Shown here piece after piece: positions 40,209 through 52,600 of a stretch of DNA of 64,000 nt (within the stretch, counting starts at the first letter, position 1; every line of letters starts with the position of its first letter). A model generated the notes under the pieces. The model searched no databases. It saw nothing but the letters and a program-made list of their open reading frames with translations, and was not told where the DNA came from. Both the position numbers and the translations under genes were made by a program. This DNA comes from the human T2T-CHM13v2.0 reference genome, Homo sapiens: the NCBI RefSeq assembly GCF_009914755.1, contig NC_060934.1; one strand, written 5' to 3'.

Positions 40209-40234
40209 GCGAGCCTCTTTTTAGACAAGGTATG

Positions 40235-40596
40235 TGATATGGTTTGGCTGTGTCCCCACCCAAATTTCATCTTGAATAGTAGCTCCCATAATTCCCACAT
40301 GTTGTGGGAGGGACCCAGTGGGAGATAATTGAATCATAGGAGCGGTTTCCCCCATACTGTTCTCGTGGTAGTGAATAAGTCTCACGAGATCTGATGGTTT
40401 TATAAGGGGTTTCCCCTTTCACTTGATTCTCATTCTGTCTTGCCTGCCACCATGTAAGACATGCCTTTCATCTTCTGCCATGATTGGGAGGCCTACCCAG
40501 CCACTTGGAACTGTGAGTCCATTAAACCTCTTTTTCTTTAAAAATTACCCAGTCTCGTGTATGTCTTTATCAGCAGCATGAAAACAAACAAATACG
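40235..40596 (+). mobile_element. THE1 (MaLR) solo LTR
   Basis: 'tgatatggtttggctgtgtccccacccaaat'...'ttatcagcagcatgaaaacaaacaaatacg'; 5-bp flanks gtatg/gtata. Confidence 0.93.
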
Positions 40597-41057
40597 GTAT
40601 ACATTCCTGAAATTGTGGCTAAAACCAATTTTTGTAATTTGCATTTCCTTTTCATGGTGCCTTGTACTACATATTAAGATTATCGCTCCAGTTTGATTGC
40701 TCACCAACTGACAATAATGTCAAAACTTTCCATAATCAAAATCATAAATGGGGCAAGGTGTGTGATAAAGGCATATTATGATAAACAGTGCTTCATAAAA
40801 TATATGTATTTGCTCATAAGAATAGTTACCCATTTATTTAACAAACATGAATGGTTTCTGTGTGCAATATACAGTTAGGCATCTTTATGTGTATTTCTAA
40901 ATGCTCACAACAGCCCTTCAAGTTAATGTTTTATTATCTCCACTGTACAAATGAGAAAATATCAGATATTATGCATATTTCTGCAAGCCACAGAAAATGT
41001 TAATTAAAATGTGTTTAATAAAATGAGAATATGTTGACTCATGAAACTTTAGAATCA

Positions 41058-41360
<303 letters not shown>

Positions 41361-41804
41361 CTAGATAGATTAAGTCAGATAGGGCTTGATCTGGGGCCTG
41401 AATGATATAGCAATAATCCAGTTAGTTTCTCTTAATTTCTCAGATCTACTTCTCAGTGCTGGTTCCATTCTCAGTTTCTACTGATGCCAAGATCGTTGCA
41501 GCAGCTCAGCTTTTCCATACACTCAAGTTATTGTCTTCTATAGGAAAGAATAAAGGCCCCTTTCCCATTGCTCAAGCTAAAGACTTAGGATAAAGCCTGA
41601 CTGGGCAAACTAGCTTGGCTTAAGTCACTGTTTTATCTGGGTGTCTACTGTCCCTGCTGGAGGCTGCAAGGCAGTTTTGATCTGTCTTCATGAAAAAGAA
41701 CTCCGGGGAGCAAAGACAGGCATTAACCCATAATTATGCAAATACAATTACTTACTTACTTATTGTTATAAATAGTACAATGCAAAGAGATAGGATGCTC
41801 TAGG

Positions 41805-42027
41805 CATGGATTGGCAAATTATGATTCCTGGTCTCAATCTGGCCCACTGCTTGGTTTTGTAAATAAAGTTTTATTGGAACACAGTCATGCTTATTCATGT
41901 ACATATTGTCTATGCCTGCTTTCTGCTACAATTGCAGAGTTGAGTAGTTGCTGCAGAGACCGTATGGCCAGCAAAGCCAAACATATTTTTTCTCTGACCC
42001 TTTATAGAAAAAGTTTACTGCCCCTCC
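41805..42027 (+). mobile_element. MER58A (hAT-Charlie)
   Basis: 'ttttgtaaataaagttttattggaacacag...gagttgagtagttg...ccctttatagaaaaagttt'. Confidence 0.88.
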
Positions 42028-42034
42028 TCTAGGT

Positions 42035-42720
42035 ACATCTAACAGAAGGAATCTAATCTCAGTATTCAGGGTGGTATTTCTGAGGAACCGGCATTTAAGG
42101 TAAGATCAGTGATTGAAAATGGGGTATCCAGGAAAGTTTGTGGAGGGCTGGAGGCTTGAGGCAAAGTAGCGGGATCTATATAGTCCCAGGTAGAAAGGAC
42201 AGCATAAACGCAGGTCCTGAATTGGCAGAGTCTTGGCACATTGAGGAACACAGCGAAAGTTTGCATGGCTAAGGCATGGGTAGAGTGAATGCATGGTATG
42301 TGATACAGAGCGAAAGAGGGGCCAGAAGATGCTGGGCCTTGGGGGCCATGCTAAAGTATCACAGAGGAATCCACTGATGGGTGAAAAGCAGGGGTAAGAC
42401 ACAGTAAGACTGGTGTCTTAAAATATAGCCTAGGCTGCTGTATGTAGAATGGATGAGAAAGGAAGAGGAAGAAGAGAAAAAAATGAGGACAGCAACTGGG
42501 ATGCCATGGCCATAGTCTAGGGTAGAGATGATGGTGCTTGGACTATGAATGAGAGTGAGAAGGGAGACATGGGTGCAAGATACAGTTCGACTGGGGGTTT
42601 TGTTAGGTGAACGTTGAGGATCACATGCTGGCAATGGGATAAAGGCAGGCCATTTACTGAGCTGAAGACACTGGAAGAAGAGCAGATTCAAGTGACGATG
42701 TGAAGCCATGAGGAAAGATG
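42035..42720 (-). mobile_element. L2 remnant
   Basis: Purine-rich antisense L2 motifs 'gagtcttggcacattgaggaac', 'gtagagatgatggtgcttggacta'. Confidence 0.6.
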
Positions 42721-45317
42721 ATCAGGAGGGGCCCTACTGGTCCTGAAGTGCCATCATCACAATTCAAGTTTCTAATTGGGTTGGTCAATGAGAGGCACTC
42801 TCAGTAAAGATCAGTTTAGTACCACAAACAGGCAATATCATCTTGAAAACAATGTCTTATTGAGGTTTTTGTGAAGACTCTGGGATAGTCTTTCCCGAAA
42901 TGGTCTAGGACATGAAGTACAGTTCATCTAAATTTCTTTACACTGTGTCATTGCTCTTCAATATGTCATGGAAAGTTGGGGAAAAGTGTACATTGCATTT
43001 ATTTTCTACCATACCCAAGATGTTCTTGTAGCAGTACACATATGAATGAGTAAAGCCAACGCCAAGCTAAAATGTCCTTGAAAGGAAGTGAAGTTTGTAA
43101 TTTTTAAAAGGCCAATTTCCCAATAAAATAGTTTCTGACACATAACAGAATTTTTAGGTTTCCTTCCAAATTCAATGTTCTGTGACATGCAAGGCACTAG
43201 ACAAGATGAGACAAACCCAAGTGATGTGTTCAAAAGTCATGGTGATGTTCTGCCTGTCCCCAGATCACTCATCATTCCACTTCACTTTAACAAAGATATA
43301 TTCCAAAGTCAACTAATTTCATGAGCTAGTATAAATAAAAGTATTAATAACCTTGCAGTCTTCAAATCAGATAACATGATTCAATTCATGGAGGCATGGC
43401 ATGCTTTGAATTTTCCATGTCTCCTCTAATTTTCCTGTAAGAATTTAAAGAGTCTGAAAGAAAATATGCCTTTTCGGTTGCTCAATTTGCCTGAAACATG
43501 TCTTCTCAATCTGAAACAGGAAAGGCTTTGTTCTCTCTGTCTTTCTCCCCCATATTCTCTATGGATGCTGTTTTCTTTCAGCAGCTCCACCGAGCCCTGG
43601 AGCACTGAACACCAGAGCCTCAGCAGCCTGGTGCTGTTCGCCCCTGTGCTTGGCATCACAGAGACACACGCAAGGGAAGCTGTGAGATGCTGAGCCTTCA
43701 CCTGCGTGGGAAGTGAACTGGAAGACCACTGCCAACTGGCATAGATTATAAGAACTCATTTACCCAGCTCTATTTACATTTCAGGGTACAATTGAGCCCG
43801 TAACATTTCTGTGCCATCAGCTTATTTTTATCCCCTAAAATCATCACTCTTTTAGCTGTTTGCAAGATCAAAGCTAGCCAGTATAATACTACTGGGTAGA
43901 GTTCTCTGAAACTTGTAAACAAGGAATACCTCCGTTTCTTCAAAATAAAGGAAACAAGAAGAGATACTCACACAATCACAGAGCTAGCCAAGGAAGCAGA
44001 GAGAACATAATGTGCCCCAGCCACCCCAGCTGTTAATAATTCAATATGCATCCACCAAGGCTTTGCTGAGAACCTACCATGTGTAAGACACTGTGAAGGG
44101 CCCTTTGGGACCCACAAATGAACGAAGACCTCATCCAGAGCTCACACACGGTACTATCTGATACACAGTGCCAGAGAAGGATAAAGGGCTGTGGGAGAGA
44201 AAAAGTAAGAAGGATCATTCCTTTTGGCCTGGGATGGGAGGGCAAAGATGCTGGAAGACTTTGTGGAGGCAGCAGTATTTGCACAACATCATCTTGAGAG
44301 TTGAGTAAGATTTGGCAATAGGAAAAAGAAGGGCAAGGGTATGAAGAACACTCTTTGATAATTAACAAGGACCATAGCCAATTCTGGGTAGCTTCAGCAG
44401 TGAGGAATTTATTGAAAGGATTTTGGAAGTTCCCACCAATAGGAAGGAACTAAGGCAGCATGGAGGCTGGAGGGCAGGCTCTGCCCCAATTGCGAGCTCA
44501 GACACAGGCAGCCATGGCCAGGATGCAATTCTAGTTGGATCCAGCTGTTTGTCCCTCTGCTCAAGGTTCAAATTCCCAAGAGTGAAGCTTCGAGGGAGCT
44601 GGTGGCCTTGTGGCTCAGAGAAGGTGGAGCTCCCAGTGACAGCCTCAGCCAGCTGTCCAATAGGGGAGAGGAAAAGGAAACCACATGCTCTTAGAAAGGG
44701 GCAAAGCATGTTGGGCATGTCTTGGCTGGAAAAGGGTCTGACACTTTATTCATCAGAAACTGGGGACATCCCTTTTTTCTTTCTTTTGTAGCTGAAGGGT
44801 GTGAGTCAAGTTATATTCTCATATGATCTGGGTAGTCTGAAGGCACAGCATTGCAAAGGCTCTAGGGTGGGAGGGGGCAGTGTGTGGCATTTCCCAGGAA
44901 CAGAAAGAGGAGCCGGGAAGGCTGGAGTGCAGGAGGTGAGAAGCTGTGGGCAGTCTCAGGCCAGGCTGTCTCAGTCACGGTGAGAGGAACAGGACCATTA
45001 AGATGGTGTAGAGCAAGCAATCGTAGGAGCGGGAGAAATAGACTCAAGATGCAGTTTCTTCTTCAGCTGAGCCTGAAGTTATAGGGCAGATGATCAGGAC
45101 CTTGAAGTAGGGGAGAGCCCAAGAGGGATGAGCTAGAACCTGCCTCTGTCTCTCACTGAAACCTGCACTGACCTTTCCCATCTCCCAATTAGAAATGGCC
45201 TCTGCCAGTTGATTGTCGTACCTGAGATATGCATTAATGTTTGCCATAGGAATGGTGCCCCCCTACATGCAGCCCTTTTGCAGTTCACAAACTGCATAAC
45301 CATGCATAGTGACGCTA

Positions 45318-45361
45318 ACACACACACACACGCACACACACATGCACGCATGCACACACAC
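45318..45361. repeat. (CA)n microsatellite, interrupted
   Basis: Directly visible. Confidence 0.9.
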
Positions 45362-48300
45362 TCTGTGTCTGAGAGTAATTATTGAACCACTTTTAAAAGC
45401 TGCACTGCTTTCTCAGCATAATAGATATTATGCTAAGTGTCCTGGACTTAGCATGAATTTCTCAAGGCAGTAGTTTCCTGGACATCCATCTCTAAGCATG
45501 ACATGAAGGATCCTAAGCAGTGGCCCTTACACTCCTTCCATGGTTCCAAAATTCTTCCCCACTCTAATCTACTTCAGAACCTAAAAGGCCAACTTTGCTT
45601 CCCATTTTAGCTCAAAGCACTCAGAGCCCCTGTTAAATACCAAAGTGTCCGTAGAGAAGGTGTCACTTATTTACAAGCTATTGTCCTTTAACTTCATCCC
45701 CTAAAAGGGCCCTGAGAGATTAGTACCCAGGATATATAGGTTTTGATGGGAGAAGGGGAAGGAGAGAGAGAAGTGTTTGGTGTTCTTTGCATACCACAAG
45801 CAGCTCAGGTACAGGATGTTTGTCAGATGAGAGGTAGAGAGATGCTGAAGACAAATGTCCCACTTGACCCATTTTGCCATCAGTGGGTCCTGGCCAGAAT
45901 GTACCCTTTAGATGGATTTATCACTGCAGAGATTCTGACACTCCTGGCTGGAATGGAAATTTATAAAGGATAGAAAAATGATGTCCAAAGAATGTGTCAA
46001 CAACAAAAGCGAGTCTGTTCATACAAAACAGAGGTGCCCCTGGTCCCAGTGTGAAGGACAGACAGGGGTAAGTGGAAAGGGTCTAGCGGGGAGACTGCAA
46101 ACCAGACTCGGAGAAACACATGACATCGTTATAGTGGAGAGAAGAACATTGAGAAAGCATTGGGCCTCTTAAGGGGAGGCAGCGTGGTCAACAACATGCA
46201 CATAGCCTGTGGACTTGCACAAAATCGACTGTTCCACTGGCTGAAAATGTAACCTTTGGATGGATTTGTCATTCCTGGCTAGAATGGAAAACCCCCATGC
46301 CTGAAGGATCTGCCCTGGGCAAGAGAAGTAGCCACAGAGGCCCTTTAGTGTCCCCCTGGCTGTGCCTCATTCTCTGATGTGTTTCCTCCCATCTCCAGGA
46401 CCTCTCGAAGGCCATCCCATTTAGAATTGCAGTCCCTGAGACCCATGCCTGTGGAACCTAGGACGTTAGCACTGGGTGTCTTTCAATTTTATTCTTTGCT
46501 TTTCTTGGCAAAGCTCCTTCCAATAGCCTTAGACAAAAACAGTCGAGATGAAAGCATCTTGGAAGCACTTACACAATAATCTTGTCCCTTGCGGACTTAG
46601 AAAAGGGAACAGCTTTTCCTGAGAAAGTGATAAGCCACAGTGTGACCCATTGGCTATCATCAAACCCTTCCCTGGAGCCTGGAGGGCCCTCCAACTCAAG
46701 ACAGGTCCCTTGAAAACCGACCATCAAAACCCTTGTCTAGAAGAAGCAGCTGCAGCTGCCTTGGGCATGACAATTTCTCATTTATTATGTGCTTTTCAGA
46801 AGACATTGTCAACCAGCACCCTGTAATGGATCCTACTTGTGAGTCAATGAACACAATTTCAATCAGTTTCTGCAGATGAAAATGTTAATAACTTTGCACT
46901 TTCTCCATACATGGAAACACATATATACACACACTCACCTCCCTCAAACCTAGTGCACATTAGATAATGAAAACAAACAGAAAATTCCTAGCAATATATT
47001 CTTGATACATTCTACATCTTCGCAAAAACTGTCATTGCAAGTCAGTACTTGCCTACATACATCTAATAATTTTCTTTTTGAATTGCACAAGGAGCCATCA
47101 GCAAATGATCACTTTTTGCTTACAGAAGAAAGTCAAAATAGATTCTCTTTTCTTAGGCTTACATCAGAAGCATAATGTTAATTCGGGCTAAAGGCAGCTA
47201 GCACATTTTTCCTGATGAGTGTGTGAAGCAGTCAGCTTCCTCTGGAGTCATCAACATTCACAAGTCAGGATGGAAAAGAGGCAGGAGTAGAAGTAGGGAA
47301 GGTGTGTTCTGAAGTCAAGGTGTTTGCTGGAGCAATGTAACCTTCCATGAAAGTAGAGCTTGTGACCCATTCGGCTAATATAAAACCCCCAGTCTTTGGG
47401 ACCAAGTAAACTTGGTTATAAACACATTATAAGTTCCTGGCATCTAGGGTGAATCCACACACACACACATTTCACTGTCACTTTGCCTTTTTGTCTCCCT
47501 AACCTATTCCCTCACGCTGCCATCTCTTTCTCCAGGGAAGCACCTCCACACTCTTGCTTATCTCTGAGCTGCTGGTGGATACGTTACCTGGACTCTAAGA
47601 AATGCTACAGTTTGTTTTTGTCTGATCTTTAAAAAATTTTTCCTCCCAACTTATTTGTCCTTTTGGCTTAGAGGTGGACATGCCCAGCAGGGTGCGTTTA
47701 CCCTGCTGATCTGTGAGCTATTTTCACCCTTCTCGGTGAGTGCGTTTTTTCTACTCTGATGCCAGTCTCATCCCCTGAGGATGGCCCATGGAAAATCACC
47801 CCTTCTCAGAAACCTGCTTTCCACATGAGCTGTCTAGTGGGAATCTTGGACTGGGAGCTTCATAGGTTCTCCAGCTGCCCCTACTCCCATCTTGAAGGCC
47901 TGCCCAGAGCAGATGTTCTGGAAATATGTGATGCAGGAATGTAACAGTTCAATTCTCTCATTGAGAAGATGAAGAAACTTAGATTAAAAAACAAACAAAC
48001 AAAATACCTTGTCACACAGAGGGTTGGTGACAAAGATGAGAAATGACAAAAAACGGGAAATGGGAAACAGATAAATACCGATTCTTTCCAGTATCAATTT
48101 GGGAGTAGAAACAGCCTATATTGAACAGTCTCCAAATAACTAGGAAGAAAAATGTAATTAAAGCTTTTATTCTCAAATTGTAAAATCTGTGAAGAACTGG
48201 TCAGACTTTCTGCTTCTTTTTTAAAAAGATTTATTTTCCTCTTAATACAAAAGTTCAATAGCCACATAAAAATTGGAAATGTGAGAGTAACATAAAGAAG

Positions 48301-48890
48301 GAAAACAAATTCAGCTATACATTTAGAATCCCAAAGAAAACTATTGTCAACTTCTTGCTGCATTCAAATGTAATCTTTATTTAACATGTTTTTTCTTGTA
48401 AAAACACTTCTTAACAAAACAGTTGTAATCATACTGTGATTTTGTGTACTTTTTGTTTTTTATTTTTAATATTATAATATTTTCCCCTAGTTCTCCAAGT
48501 TATTATGAAATCTTTATAAATAGAATTTATATGGTTGTATAATTTTTCAGGAAATTGATATAACAATAACATAAAGATCCCTTGTGGTTCAATTTTACAT
48601 TGTTTCCAAGACTACCTTATTAAAAGTATTATTGCCATGAATATCTTTGTGGGAAAGAAGGTGGATTTCCATTTTTGGAACTTTTTTCCTTAGGATGGAT
48701 TCCCAGTCGTAGAATTACTGCATCAATATCAGGTCCATTTTCAAGGCTCAGGTTGTTTGTTATGTGAAATCCACATTGCCAAATTGTTGTCCAAAAGAAT
48801 AATATAAATGTATATGCTCACTAGCAATATGTGAGAGACTATTTTATCATACCTTAATGAACATTGTTTTTATCATTTAAAAATATTTCC

Positions 48891-49058
48891 AGCCATGAAC
48901 CTGTAGTCCCAGCTACTCAGGAGACTGAAGTGGGAGAATGGCTTGAGGCCAGGAGGTCAAGACTATGGTGTGCCATGATACCACCGGTGAATAGCTACTG
49001 CACCAGTAGGTTGTCCACCTTGGGCAACACAGTGAGACCCTGTCTCTAAAAAAAAAAA
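48891..49058 (+). mobile_element. FAM (fossil Alu monomer)
   Basis: Monomer retaining the 7SL-derived 'gtgaatagctactgcac' segment absent from dimeric Alu arms; A-tail; TSD aatatttcc at 48882-48890 and 49062-49070. Confidence 0.8.
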
Positions 49059-49111
49059 TTTAATATTTCCTAATTTGTAAAGTAAAAATTGATATATTTG
49101 AGTTGCTTTAA

Positions 49112-49487
<376 letters not shown>

Positions 49488-49644
49488 TATATTTTTATTA
49501 TTTTTAAAATTTGTGTGTGACCTTGCCTGTTTATCTGTTAGAATATCAGTGTTTTTGTGTCAATTTATATTAACTTTGTATCTATTATAGATATAATTTT
49601 TATATCTGTTGCAAATATACTTTTCCAGTTTTTGTTTGGCTTTT

Positions 49645-52600
49645 TAAAAGCTTCATGAAAATACAATAAATTGCACACAAAGTGCAAAATTAGACAAAGT
49701 TGAACCTACACCATCAACACAATCAAGACAATGAACTTATTCATCGCCCTCAAAAGTTTTCTTTGACTTGTTCATTCCCCATCCCCAGGTGACCACTGTT
49801 CTGCTTTCTGACACTAAGTTTTTCTAGAATTTATGTTAGTGAAATCATATAATGTGTACTCTCATTTTGTTGATACTCTTTCACCTAGCATTATTAATTT
49901 CGGATTCAATCACGTTGTTGTGTCTAACAATAGTTCATTCTCTTTTTCATTGCTGAGTAGTATTCCATTGTATGGTTTTGCCAATTTATTTATTCATTCC
50001 CCTGTTAATGGACATTTTGTTTCCAGATCTTTGCTATTGCAAATGAATATGCTATGAGCATATTGTATAAGTCATGTACAAGTCTTCCTGTGGACATGTG
50101 CTTTTGTTGCTCTTGGATAAATGATACCTAGTAGTGGAATGGCTGGATCATATAGTAAGTGGATATTTAATGTTTTCAGAAACTGGCAAACTGTTTTCCA
50201 CATCAATTATACCATTGTATGAGAGTTCTAATTTCTTCACCTCCTCACTAACATTGGGTATAGTCAGCCTTTTAATTAATTTAATTTGATAGATTTGTAG
50301 CGGTATCTCATCACAGCTTTAATTTGCATTTTTCCATTGTATAATGATGTCAGCCTTTTTTCATGTGCTTATTCATCACTATATTTCTTTTTTAATGAAG
50401 TATCCTTCAAATCTTTTGCCCATTTTTTCTTTTTTTAATTATTGAGTTTTGAGGGTTATTTATATATTCTGTATACAAGTACTTTATTAGATATGTAATT
50501 TGAAAATGTTTTCTTCCCGTCCGTGGCTTCTTTTTTCCATATTCTTGGTAGTGTCTTTTGAACAGCAGAAGTTTTAAATTTTGATGAAGTCCAATTTATC
50601 AATTGGCTCCTTTCTGAATTAAGCTTGGCATTGTATGTAAGTATTTTTTGCCTAACCCAAGATTACAAAGTTTTCTCCTGTGTTATTTTCTCAAAGTTTT
50701 ACATATCTTTGCAAATACTTATCCAATTGCTCTGATCCATTTAAAAAAGAAATTATCCTTTTGTCACAGTATTGCCTTTGCACTTTTGTTGAAAATTAGT
50801 AGTCTGGATATGTGAAGGTCTAGCTCTGCACACTATTCTATTCTATTTGTCTCTTTTTCAGTCTTTATGTCAATACCACTGTGTCTTAACTACTGTAATT
50901 TTATATGTCCTAAGTCAGGCAGTGTTAGTAGTCCAAAGTTGTTTTTCTTTTTCAGAGCTCTTTTGGCTATTCCAGATCCTTCATGTTTTTATATGAACTT
51001 CTAGAATAAGTTGGTCAATTTCTACAAAATCATCTGCTGGAATTTTGATTAGGATTGCATTGAATTTGTAGATGAACTAAGGAAACAAGTGAAAATATAC
51101 TTTCACTTATTGACTAATGAGCATATGATATCCATTTATTTAAGTCTCTTTTAATATCTTTCAGTCATGTTTTCATAGTTTTCAGTATGCAGGTCTTTCA
51201 CATCTGCATTAGTCAGGCTTCTCGTTAGGGACACATCTTCAGCCAGATCTCTCTCTAAGTATTTCATGTTATCTAATGCTATTATAAATGGTATTGTTTT
51301 TATAATTTTAATTCCTGTTTGTTGCTAGGGTGTATGTATATATATTTATATTGATATTTATATATATATTGATATATGTATATATTTATCTTGATATTGA
51401 TATAGAAATATATATGTATATATTTATATTGATACATAAATATATACGTGTATATATTTATATTGATACATAAATATATACGTGTATATATTTATATTGA
51501 TACATAAATATATACGTGTATATATTTATATTGATACATAAATATATACGTGTATATATTTATATTGATACATAAATATATACGTGTATATATTTATATT
51601 GATACATAAATATATACGTGTATATATTTATATTGATACATAAATATATACGTGTATATATTTATATTGATACATAAATATATACGTGTATATATTTATA
51701 TTGATACATAAATATATACGTGTATATATTTATATTGATACATAAATATATACGTGTATATATTTATATTGATACATAAATATATACGTGTATATATTTA
51801 TATTGATACATAAATATATACGTGTATATATTTATATTGATACATAAATATATACGTGTATATATTTATATTGATACATAAATATATACGTGTATATATT
51901 TATATTGATACATAAATATATACGTGTATATATTTATATTGATACATAAATATATACGTGTATATATTTATATTGATACATAAATATATACGTGTATATA
52001 TTTATATTGATACATAAATATATGTATATATTTATATTGATACATAAATATGTGTATATATTTATATTGATACATAAATATGTGTATATATTTATATTGA
52101 TACATAAATATATGTGTATATATTTATATTGATATATAAATATATATGTGTATATATTTATATTGATATATAAATTTATATGTATATATGTATATATATA
52201 TTTATATTGATTTATATTGATATATATACATATGTATATATGTATATGTATATTTCTACATATATATGTATATATATTTATATAGGTATATAAATATATA
52301 TGCATATATTTATATAGATTTTATATAGATTTATATAGATTTTATATATTTATATATCTATATAAATATATGTACATATATTTATATAATAAATATATGT
52401 ACATATATTTATTTAATAAATATATGTACATATATTTATATAATAAATATATGTACATATATTTATAAAATAAATATATGTACATATATTTATATAGATA
52501 CATAAATATACATGTATATATGTTTATATTGATATATAAATATACATGTATATATGTTTATATTGATATATAAATATACATGTATATATGTTTATATTGA

